Source: Lama glama
Taxonomy: Eukaryota
Direction of reading: 5' to 3'
DNA: 64,000 bases
Assembly: GCA_028534125.1 (NCBI GenBank)
Contig: CM052817.1
Location: forward strand, 75,580,001 to 75,644,000
Shown: one piece after another, positions 52,515 through 64,000 of the stretch
Numbering within the stretch: the stretch's first letter is position 1
How the letters are laid out: each line of letters begins with the position of its first letter
The notes under the pieces: generated by a model
Told to the model about the DNA's origin: nothing
Database searches by the model: none
Seen by the model: only the letters and a program-made list of their open reading frames with translations
Program-made: the position numbers and the translations under genes

Positions 52515-53239
52515 TTAACTGCAAGCTGTTAAACCAATAAAAATTATATCCAAACTTCTATTGAATCAGCCTTAATAATAAATAAGCCATTTAAAATAAG
52601 GGAGGCTTTTTAGGTACTAGGTTGAGAAGCTACTTCTTTCAACATCTTGGTTCCCAGACCTGTGTATTCTGGCTGTGGAAGAAACGGCACTACATACTGG
52701 TTGCTAGTTAAAGCTTTTATTGTACCCACATGTGCTTTGGTAGGTGTTGTCACTAACTTGTTCTGTTTTTGAATTTTTAGTAGTTAGTTGCATAATTTTA
52801 GTTGCCAGTTTTTGAAGGTAATGGGCTATCTGTGGATATAAGCCTATTGTTTCTTTGCTGTACTTTGCAAGAAGCAGTGTTATAGAGAAACATGATGATA
52901 GAGAATGGATTCATCAGTAAGTTCAAGAGCAGTGCTGGCAGAACATTGTGGACAGTGCAACAGTTTATTCCAATGAGCAGAAATCCTCTTATAAGAAGTC
53001 AACTGAGCAGCAGGAGATTCTAGGATTGCTTCCCTCACTTCCATGAATGTGATCAATTAGATATCCATGAAATTAAATGAATTTAGACAATTTATCGCTC
53101 ACAGCATATCAGGAAGCAGGAACTTCACGTTCACGTCATCTTCTTTTACATCCTCAAGTCCCACAGGTCTGAATTGCGGTACGCCCAGGTGAATGCTATA
53201 TAAATAGGGCATCTTTGTCAAAGATAATTGGCCTATTTC

Positions 53240-53717
53240 TAGGCACTAATAAGTTGGGTCATGCTTAGGTCTCTGCTTTTCAAAACTTGGGCACTCTGCA
53301 ATAGAAGACTCAAATAAATCTTGATATGCCGGAGCCCACACTGTTGCTCATGGATTATTTCTGTTGCAGTCCTGCCGCCATTACCACTTTGTCAAGTAAT
53401 CTTATTGAGTAATACTGAAGTAGAGAAAAGAGACCAACTGATAGCAAAGAGTTTTACTCACATTGCTCACCTTATTATTAATGGTTTCATGTACAGGACA
53501 TACCCTTTGGGGGGGTCATTCTTAAACCTTGTTCCCATCATTAAAGATCCATCTTTACAACTCCATCCCACTGTCCCCTGTCATTGTCCTTCAGTCTTGA
53601 TCTTCCAACCCTCTGACCATCTAGGCTAACCATTAGTGACTGTCCATGGATTTATGTGGATCCATGTCTCTGGCCAACTCTTAATTGTGAATAATTATAT
53701 ATATATAAAATTATGCA

Positions 53718-53794
<77 letters not shown>

Positions 53795-54345
53795 CAGAAT
53801 TCTACTTATTCTACTTCAGGTTCTTCCTTGAATAGGGGGATAGTGTTCCTGAAAGCCACATGCATGGTACTAGCATTCCTCAGACAACTGTATATATGCA
53901 GTCCCATGAGGTCACTATGGGTGAGTTGAGGGAAAGCTACATGAGATACTTTGCTGTGCCAGCAGGATCTGCTTAAATCCAGTCTCCTGTGTTTTACTTG
54001 CATATAGTATTGGAATGCTGCTGTATATATTCCACATTTTAACTTGATGGGTCAGTCCTTGAGGGGCAGCTCAGATTGCATGGTCTCTTGGCAACTCTGA
54101 TTCAGAAGATTTGTCTCTACATGGCTCAACAGAGGGCCTGGGGCTATATCTCAAGAGACTAGTTATCTGGAGAATTCTGTTGTTACTTTACTGTGGCTTT
54201 CTTGAAGCTCCATACAGCAAAGTATATCTGCTATAGAAAATGTAAGTAACATTTTTTCTGCTGAATTAAGCCAAAGTGACAGAATTCCTTGGGTCTGAAT
54301 AAAAACTGGCAACGTCTTTCTCTGGAATCTCCAAGAGATTGTCAC
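53240..54345 (-). mobile_element. ERVL pol remnant (RT connection, RNase H and integrase zinc finger)
   Basis: The - strand gives WPETWIHINPWTVTNG*..WS.GWK (compare ERVL WPEVRIYTDSWAVANGLAGWSG) near 53600-53680 and ECPSFEKQRP (compare ECPICQQQRP) near 53270-53300. Confidence 0.75.
53696..53792. repeat. Compound (AT)n/(AC)n microsatellite
   Basis: Directly visible, embedded in the ERVL remnant. Confidence 0.95.
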
Positions 54346-56924
54346 AGGAAGCCTGGTCTATGATGTGCAACCTAAATAATCTTATCAACCTCCTTTTTCA
54401 CCCCAACTCTACCCCTTATTTGGCAAGTAAACTTAAGTCATAGTTTCAGACTTGATAACAGTGAACAGAAAAATAAGTAAAAAATTCTGATTAAACTTAA
54501 GCCAGGAATTCTTCTGTATGGTCAGAGAATAAGAGGAGAAATCCTGACCACTTGAAGAAAATGGAGTTTCAACAGTGGCGTTGTTGCAGCAAAATAAAAA
54601 AAAAAAAGTAAACTTAGAATTTCCTGAAGTGGATCTGTCATGCTAATTTTTTTTTAATGACTCCCTGTCGCTAACAAATGATGGAGGCTGAATAGTTTTA
54701 TCTAATGATTTTAGGCGTGGTATTTCTATAATTTTTATACAAATTAAAATATAAAAGGGGCATTTTGTCCTCATTAGAGAAATATGAATAATGCAATGTT
54801 TTCAAAAGCATATTTTACACAACTCTGGAAACAACATTATTCACACACACACAACTGAACATTTTTAGGATTAACATATTAATGCATATTGGCCTAGCGA
54901 ATGTCTTGAAGTCTGATGGGACAAAAAAAACTTTTAACCTTGATAATTCCTTAATTTGGAATATGTATGAGGATCTAGAAACTTTTATTACAGTAATACT
55001 TATTAACCTGTAAGTACTAACTTTGAGACATTTAGGGAAATGCTAAATAGGAGAAATTGATATTTTTATTGCTGTATAGAATTATTCTTTATGGAAACAT
55101 CTGTAAACAATTATCCATCTGGTATTTGAGAGTAATGGCCATCAATCCAGTGGTTTATTAGAATAATTTGTGGTAAGTTGTCTTTGCCCATGCCCCAGCC
55201 CAGATGAGTATGCTTATATAAATACAAAAGTGAAAGCTGGTTGAGAAAAAATATACATATATATATCATTTGTTTATCAAACTGTCACTTATTCAAGTGC
55301 ATGAGAGGTTTCCTAGATAATATGAATATTTAATCTTCAGCTAACATTTCTTCCACATGATAGAATACATAATTCTTGAATGGCAGTGAATGCTCTAATG
55401 CAAATACACAGTGATTCATTTCCATGGCTCAGAGAAAAAAATTAACAGCTATTCATGATATGCAGAGCAACTGCTAAGTCGTCCTTCATATTCTTTTGGA
55501 GTTTGTGGATCATTGGAACACAACATTCAGAGCCCTGTGAAACTGCTTTAATGGTAACTCCTCATGCACTTAGTGCTTCAAAATCCCTGCGAATATAGAA
55601 ATCAATTATGTGAACAGGTGCAACCAAGTAACTAGGTTTCATGCTCACTGGGATATCACAAACATTTAAATTTGATAAAGTTAATCCACAAATATGTTCC
55701 TTTATACACAAAGATAAGTTAATATACATTCATGGAAATGCAAATATATAAATCAAGGTCTGGAAAGTGATTAAGATTGCTTTTTAGCAAATTTATGCAA
55801 TAATTTCAGCTCTATGAAAGATTCTTTCTATAGGTGAAAACAACATTGAAACAAAAAAAGAGGCTGAATTATTTTCACCACCCATATAATATTTGTTGAT
55901 GTGAAATCTGGTTATTCTGTTAATAAGAAAAGTAAACACAAAAAGTACATTGTTGGTTTTCTAGAACCAAGCCCTTCAAAAATATATACATGTTTTTTAC
56001 ATTGTAATACATGCAATACAGCAAAATCTATGATTCATTTTATCAAAATTTTAAATAAAATTAAAGTTCTAAAAATTAGTTTCTTTTATTGAAATAAACA
56101 AGTATTTTAAATTTGTAATTAGAAAACCCATCACATATAGTAGCCCTGTACTGATTGTGGTGAATATGATTCACTAAATTATTCCTAAGGAAAAATGATA
56201 ACAGTAGGAGTTTAAAAAAAAAAGTAAAAAATGACATTTTCTTTAGTAGTTTTAGTACTGAAGTACCTTTTATTTCCTCCTTGATTGTAATATCTCTATA
56301 ATTTTACTTGACATAATTTTTTAAATTTAGAACTATAACTATTATATAAATAATACCATAAGTATAACTTTATTTTCAGATGTTCTCTTAATGAAACAAT
56401 ACAATTAAAATGTATAGAGTTACCTAAGATAAGTGGCATTTCAATTGAATTTTTTTCTAAAAGTGCCCCAGACTCTTAATAACTTAACATCTATAAATCT
56501 TACAAGTGTTTACTAGATTGGAAAAAAAAGGCCATTTCCTCAAATACCTCTGAGCCAGGCTTCATGTATTTAGAGTCAAAGTCCTGTGAAATAATTGTTT
56601 CAATATTTCTAGAAGTTCTCTTATCTTGGGTCTAAGAAATACACTGTTGAACCATTCTGAGATCTCAATAAATATCTGAGTTCTCAATAAATGTCTGAAA
56701 TCTATATTCTTGGCATTATTTTATCCTTAATTCATTTATTAGTATGTACGGCTTCTGCTAGAAGTAACAGTATGAAAAATGATTTTATTTTTGAACCCAG
56801 CAAGTCTTAGATACTTTGTATTTTCTCTAAAATCTGCTTGAGACCTATACTGTTTTTTTTCTAAATCTCTCTCAATCTGTACCTTATCAATCTGTACCTT
56901 ATCATATACAATAAAATAAATCAG

Positions 56925-57378
56925 TTGACACTCTGAACATTCTGCATTGAAGTTCCCTAAACCAGATCCTCCAGTTCATCATAAATCCCCTTTTCTACAT
57001 TACCACAGGTAGAAGTGTTGTCAAACGTTCTGACACTGCATAACATGGATCCCTTTTTCCTCCAGCCTCTAATGGTGTAGTCAGTGTCCTTCAGTACTTC
57101 ATTAATGGTCTCCTTGCGAAGTCCCCAGTTCTTATTTACTGCCCAATCCCAAAACTAATGTCACATATAAGTTTTGTTGTACTGTCATCCGTAACTTCTA
57201 ATTTCTGTTACTTACTGCTTTGTAATAGGACAACACAATACTTAGTGGCCTAAAGCAACAATGTATTTGGGATTTTTGTTTGTTTGTTTCATTTTTTTTT
57301 TCTCACAGTTCTGCGAGTAAACTAGACTCTGCAGGGAGGTTCTTACTTGGGGTGACCGATGTGCTTGCTGGACCAGGG
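56925..57378 (-). mobile_element. MaLR internal 5' segment plus adjoining MLT1 LTR fragment
   Basis: ctgcataacatggatccctttttcctccagcctctaat and ctgcccaatcccaaaactaatgtcacat (MLT1-int type), followed by acttagtggcctaaagcaaca...ctcacagttctg (LTR). Confidence 0.7.
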
Positions 57379-57379
57379 G

Positions 57380-57935
57380 TATACAATGCTGGCAGGAATA
57401 TAAAGTGGTATAGCTGCTGTGGAGAACAGTGTAGTGGTTACTCAAAAATTAAAGATGGAATGTTCATACAATCCAGTAGTTCCGCTTCTGGGTAAACCAA
57501 ATCAATTGAAAGCAGAGACTAGACAGATGTTTGCATACCCGTGTTCATAGCAGCATTATACACAACAGCCCTAAGGACAAACAACCCAAGTGTTCATCAG
57601 TGGATGAATGGATACCAAATGTGGTACAATGGAATGCATTTCACTCTAAAAAGGAATGAAATTCTGATATATGCTACAATATATATGAACCTTGAAGACA
57701 TTATGCTAATAAAATAAGGCAGATGCCCAAGGACAAATACTGTATGGTTCCACTTAGATCAGGCACCTAAAATGGTCCAGTTGATAGAGACAAAGTAGAA
57801 TGGTGCTGGCTAGAAGCTGTGGAGAGGGTAGGAATGGAGAGTTACTGTTTGAAGGGTATAAAATTTCACTTTGGGTAAACAAAAAGTTCTGTCGATTGAT
57901 GGTGGTGACGGTCACACAACAATGTTCTTAAATAA
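57380..57935 (+). mobile_element. L1MB-like 3' end
   Basis: gtgttcatagcagcattat...caacccaagtgttcatcagtggatgaatgga...gaaccttgaagacattatgctaa...gatggtggtgacggtcacacaacaatgt. Confidence 0.9.
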
Positions 57936-60900
57936 AAAGATATTCAAATCATATAATTAAGTAAATATTTAATGAGATAACAACATATATGTTAAAAAGT
58001 GATAAGCACACAAATTCACAGTAAGTACCAAACTGATGAGAGAAGAGAGGTGAGATTTTGCATTTGTATTTGCTGACAAGTTTTTCTGTTACAATGCTGC
58101 ACACTTTGAATCTTTAAATGGTAATCTGTCTGTATCTTACTCTTAAAATTAAAAAGAAAATTAGTTGGGAATGAATAAATCACACAATAAAGCACACTAC
58201 TTTCTGATAAATATACACACAAAATAACAAAGAAAAATCATACAACAGTGTGAATAACTAGAACAGTGATTCAAAAAAATTTAATCATGATTAATTTATG
58301 TACTGCCAGGAAGATGGACATATTTCCCTTTTGTATGGAGAGCCAAAAAGCTAAATGATAGAATTAGGACACTGATCAAGAAAAATGATATGAAACTGCT
58401 GCTTTTATCTTTTTGAAACACCCTCATGCATAACCCCTCCCATGCACCCCGGATTGATTTATGTGGAAACTAAAAATGGAGAAAAACAAAGCCAAAGAAA
58501 ATATAGTGGAATCAAAAATAGTTATTTATATATATATAGAACAGAATCACTCTTAACTAGCCACTTTCAACTAAACAATGTTTGCGCCACATTAATTTTT
58601 TCATTTTCTCTCCAAAGGAAGATAGTTGCTCACAGCATGCTTAATAACTATATCATTTGTTATGGAGGAAGAGCAAAACAGTTAGCAAGTAATATATATG
58701 TCCTGGGATTTCAGACTCCATCAGTTAAATTCTATGATTAACTAGAAAAAGTTATGTTTATTTACAAATTAAATTTGTATGCATTGCAACAGGAACAAAA
58801 ATTCCATTTTTCAAACTATATAAAGCTTTAAAAAAAAAACCCTCAAATGTGAGTTACTAATGAACCTTCAAAAGAAAGTTTACCATGTAGGAAAGAGAAC
58901 TGTAAAGGTTTAGGGAAACACACACACACACACACACAAAAGCTAGGAGGCTTTCTTAACGCAGTTTTCCGTGCACAAACACTTCTGTGTACCATTGTCC
59001 CATGTGGCTTGAGTAAATATGTTAGGTTCAGGTAATTACAACAAGTCTATTCTTGTTATCAGTAAGCTCAGAAGTAAACAGTGACCCAGTTCAAAATTTA
59101 TCACCCTTAAAAAAGAAAAATTTAGAGGAAGGAAGTTTTTTCTCCCTTTGAGCATTAGTGTGTGAGAACGTAGCAGCTGCAGCTTTTCTTTGACCATAAA
59201 GATGGCAGGGGGAAAAGTAGGCAGTATTTGAAAATACCCTGGAGCCACTGAATTGACCAAACTCTCCTCTACTTAGGAACATCTTGTTATTTGAAACGTT
59301 AAACCTAATTTTTGCATTTTCTGTTAATCTTCTTTGAAATGATCCTAATTGGGTATACTAACAGTAGACCAACATTTGTCAAAGTTGGCTACAAATTAAA
59401 CTCACTGGGAGCATTAAAAAAAAAAAGTAGAAAAGGAAATATTAAGCTTCCTGCTAAACAGGGTAAATCACAGCCCCCAGGAATCAATAATTTTGAATTG
59501 CTCCATTTGACTCCAATACACAAAGTTTAAACCATTCAGGTACATAGGTGAGTTTTCTCTACAGTGCTAGAGGTCCCTTTCTTCGACTACCTCTCTCTGA
59601 GAATAATAGGACTGGTTTGGGGATCTGTGTAAATTAATAGTCTTCCCTTGGAGTTTGGGGAGCAAGCTGTTCCTTTCTTCTGTGTTGGATCCACTTTACT
59701 GGTATCTCATTTTCCTGACTGAGCAAGTGTAAGTTAATAGAGGTTCTTCTCTGATGTTTCCTCTGGCAACATCTATAACTGACAATGTTCACTTTTTTTA
59801 AGAAAATAATTGTTTATGCTTTTATTAAATTGCACATCACTTCTGACAGCTATTGTTTATTTATTGGAAAAGGGAAGGACCAAAACAAGGCTAGCCGTAG
59901 GTTCATTAGGAAATAATTAACTTTATTATTTGATGATGATGATTACCCTAAGTGCCTAAAGGCCATGCCAGCTTTTTGTATTTTTTAAAAAATAAAGCAA
60001 CATGGAAAATTGCATACATTCCACTGGAGAAAAAACATCCACTCTTACCTTTTTAACAACTTGAATTATGGAACCTCTTTTCTAGCCTTTTGGAAATCTA
60101 TCCCTATTTTCTAGGAATATCCCTAATAACTGATCTATTGATGAATGTTTTTTCTTCTTCAGAATCGTTATTTAGTTTATATCTTCTGTCAGTTCAGTTC
60201 AGCTTTTGGAAGGAGTGTGATGAAGGTGTGTTACATTTGCATTGTTGGAGTTGTTTCATGTTCCATCGTATATTATAAAACAAAGTATAACTATAGGCTC
60301 AATGATAATGATGTCAGGGATAACTAAGTGTTTATATGTAACAACTATAACTGTAATGGTGGTTATATATACATGTCATGTGTATATATTTATTACAAAT
60401 ATGCTATATATAAAGTAGGTAGATAGGTTGATAGGTGATAGATAAATAGAATGTCTATTTAGAGGTTTCTTTTTTCTTAAATGAGGAGGCATCTCTCCAT
60501 CTCTCCAGGCAAGTTACTTTCCCACAAACTACTTGGGCAGATTTGCCTTGGTGCCTCTGGCTACTTTAATGCCCAGATTATCCTAAGCTAAGATTTTAAA
60601 GTCTCAATAGGCTATTTTGATGTGTGTTTATTTTATAACAGCTCAAATCCTGTGAAGATAGACCTGGAACATCTCTGCAGTCACTGTTGGGTGTGTGCAG
60701 AAGCAATAGGATTGAGGCCAGATTTTTGTTATTTATCTTTGTTTGTCCTTGCTGAAATGAAAGCCAGGTATATAGTGTAGATATGCCTGGCCTCCTTGGC
60801 AGAACCAGCCACATCAGGGGAGAGAAGTTCTACCAAGCCAGGTGGATGCTGACTAGGGTGATGTCCCTCTGTTTGCTAAAACCGTGCACATGTGGTACTT

Positions 60901-61489
60901 TTTCAGGGGCAGCTGGCCAAGAGCAGTGAAGCAAAAGCTACCAAGTATACTAATGCTTCTCCAATTTAGGGATTATCATAAGGCTTTTTCAAGGTTATTT
61001 TATTTTCCATAATTCAATCTTGTTTTCGATGGAGGGATATTCTGTAGTGAGCCATAGCATCTGTCTTCAATATGCACAGCCCAGCAGAAATCAAATTCAA
61101 ATTTGTAGTTTGTGAAAGACATCTGTAGGAGTTTTCTTACTTTAATATTCTTTGGTAATTTGCATTGTTATTTGAGAACAAAAAGTTAAAACATCTTTGC
61201 AAATCTTTAATATCTGTTTATGCTGCACTTGTAGTCATTTATCATTCTATTACATGTATGTGTTATTTCCTTATTAATAAATTATTATAATCACTTAATT
61301 ATATACATATAAAATGTACTTATAATTTCCAGAATTATGGCATAGCAGAATACTTTATTTACTTTTAAATTTTTTTTTATTTTAGCATACTAAACTCTTT
61401 AATTTAAACATTGAAACAATTTATCTTACTCTTTCCCACAGACTTTATAAGTAGATTTTTATATATCATAAGTATAATCTGTAAGTAAT

Positions 61490-62010
61490 AAGGTACCAAT
61501 GAGGCTGGGGTGTTTGCCCTTCAGATTGGGAGGTGTGGTAAGGAGGCAGCCAGCCACCATTGCAAGGTATTTCCACCTGAATATTGGCAAACTAGAGTGT
61601 GCACTGTCCTCGAGAGGAGAGTTTAGGCTTCTCAGCCCTTCTGTCTGTCCCAGCAGATTGCCCAGCAAGCCAGTGGCATTGTCTCCTCCACACAGGACCC
61701 CAGAACTGGGATTCCCAGATTGTGGCTCAGCCTGCTTGCTCTCCAGGGTGAGGGTGAGGGTCTGTCCATACAGATCTTCCGTTTCTTACCGATCCCTCCC
61801 AGGGGCATAGGTCCTGACCAGATACTTTTTTTTTCCATCCTATGTTGTTACATGGAGATCTTTCTTGCAGCTTTGGTTGTATAAGAGTTCTTCTGCCAGT
61901 TTCTAGTTAGTTTTCTGTGAAAATTGTCCCACACATAGATATATTTTTGATATGTTTTGGGGTAGAAGTTAAGTCCATGTCTTCCTCCTCTGCCATCCTG
62001 ATTGGCCTCC
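61490..62010 (-). mobile_element. Isolated L1 5' UTR (promoter end), antisense
   Basis: The - strand starts ggaggccaatcaggatggcagaggaggaagacatgga, a decayed form of the L1 5'-terminal AAGATGGCGG (YY1) motif. The segment is GC-rich and has no downstream ORF1. Confidence 0.75.
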
Positions 62011-62735
62011 TTGATTTAGTGCTGATTTCTTTTAATATTTTGTAACTATTCCATCTGTATTTTAAACAATGTTTCTATCTCTCTCTTTTAAATTATGAGT
62101 TTATTTCATTTATAGTATTGTGATTTTTATATACATAGACTCAATATTATACAGGTATTGTGTTTATCCAATTTTTTCCCGTTATTGCTATCTTTGAGAT
62201 TGAATGAGAACTTACTTTTCGTAAGATTTGCTTTATTTTTATTTCCCTACCAGAAAGAATAAAAGTTATATAATTTCTCTTGAAATGTTTACCATTTATA
62301 TTTAAGTTTACAAGATTTAAAACTTAATATTCTACTACATGCCTTCCTAGTACCTTAAAATATTTAAAATTCGATAACTCTTTCTTTTCTTATGTGCTGT
62401 TAGTTCAGTAACTTAGTTCTCCCTTTGAACTCAACTCTTTACAAAATTAATATGGTAATCTTTCTTGGGATGAATTTGCTTGATTGAACATTTTTGGCTC
62501 ACTCAATTTCATTTATTTCAGAACTTCTGTATTGCTTTAGTAAATATTGCCAAGTTTCCAAATAGATGTACTGATTTTATTTGAAGAGTATAAAAGTTTA
62601 TGATTTTCTATATTCTTGCAAAACTTTGGTATATTCCATAATTTTCCATTCAGAATGCAATATAGTAAATATCCAGTAGCATCTTATTGTGAAATTAATT
62701 TGAGTTATGCTTCAGATACTGAGTACCTTTTTGTG

Positions 62736-64000
62736 TTTTTTTCTTCCAGTTTTACTGAGATATAAGTGACAAACAGTACTATCTAAGTTTAAGTTGTATA
62801 GCGTAGTGATTTGATGTACAAGTACTGTGAAATGATTACAATAACTTTAGTGAACATCCATCATCTCATATCAATTAAAAAAAAGAAAAAATACTTTCCT
62901 TGTTATGAGAACTCTTAGGATTTACTTTCTTAACTTTATTATATAACATACAGCACTTATAATTATGTTAATTATGTTGTATGTTGTATCCCTTCGACTT
63001 ATTTATCTTATAACTGGAAGTTTGTACCTTTTGACCACATTTATCCCTTCTTCCATCCTCACCTCTGGTGACCACAGATCTTATCTTTTTCCATGAGTTT
63101 GTTCTTTCAGTTTTTTTTTTCTCAGTCTTATTCTGTGAGTCTGTATGTTTGACCTGCAACCCATGTTAGTTCCAAGTGCACGACATAGTGGTTTGATATT
63201 TCTATACATTCTAAAATGATCTCTGTGATAAGTCTAGTTTCCATCTGCCACCATACAAAAATATTACAATATTATTGACTATATTCCCCACACTGTACAT
63301 TTCATAGCCATGACTCATTTATTTTGTAACTGAAAGTTTTTACCTCTTATTTTTCCCTCACCTATTTCACACTTCCTCCTCATCCTCTTCCCTCTGGCAA
63401 ACACCTGTTTATTCTGTGTCTGTGACTTTGTTTCTGTTTAGTTATATTGCTCATTTGTTTTCTTTTTTCAATTTTATTACTTTAGTGAAATCAGTGGTAT
63501 TGGTATTTCTCTGTCTGACTTATTTCACTTAGCATAATACTCACTAGGTCTATCCATGTTGTCACAAATGGTAAGATTTCATTCTTTTCTTATGGCTGAG
63601 TAATATTCCAGTGTATGTATATACTACATCTCCTTTATCCACTGATATATCAATGGGCATTTGAATTGCTTCCATATGTTGTGTATTGTAAATAGTGAGG
63701 CAATGAAAATAGAAGTGCATGTGTCTTTTCAAATTAGTGTTTCTGTTTTCTTCAGATACCCAGGAATGGTATTCCTGGATCATATGATAGTTCTATTTTT
63801 AGTTTTTTTAGTTTTTTAATGAACTTCCGTACTGTTTTCCATAGTGTTGTACCAAATCACATTCCCACCAACAGTGCATAATGGTTCCCTTTTTTCCGCA
63901 AATTCACGAACACTTGGTATTTGTTGTCTTTTTCACAATAGCCATTCTGACAGGTTTGACGTGATATCTCAATATGATTTTGATTTGCATTTCCCTTTTC
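62736..64000 (-). mobile_element. L1MA9-like 3' UTR with two successive 3'-UTR modules and ORF2 end; runs off the window
   Basis: ccagttttactgagatataagtgaca...gatttactttcttaac...actggaagtttgtaccttttgacc, then a second module from about 63120, then tgtctgacttatttcacttagcataat...acattcccaccaacagtg. Confidence 0.9.

Overview
This is AT-rich, CpG-poor mammalian genomic DNA, almost certainly from a camelid (camel, alpaca or llama). A Vic-1-type tRNA-derived SINE with an 18-bp target-site duplication (TSD) lies at 37.1 kb, the young L1 3' ends are of artiodactyl type, and I saw no ruminant or pig SINEs. Roughly half of the window is decayed transposable elements: L1 of several ages, L2, MIR, ERV1 and ERVL/MaLR LTRs and internal remnants, a Tigger and a MER5A. 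I could not identify any protein-coding gene or RNA gene; the supplied ORFs are L1/ERV/Tigger remnants or appear to be chance ORFs. The window looks like a gene desert or the inside of a very long intron, with a few isolated, well-formed splice-site pairs that may belong to an unannotated, probably non-coding, + strand transcript. I found no convincing novel biological system. The most notable items are: (1) one L1 insertion showing both a twin-priming inversion and an apparent 3' transduction inside an 18-bp TSD (36.3-36.8 kb); (2) a palindromic SOX/octamer/ATCGAT/RFX motif cluster with retained CpGs at about 40.1 kb (candidate enhancer); (3) a fragmented ancient ERVL provirus with nested insertions (43.8-47.5 kb); and (4) the candidate exons. 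Repeat subfamily names come from memory of consensus sequences and need RepeatMasker/Dfam confirmation. Boundaries without a TSD are approximate.
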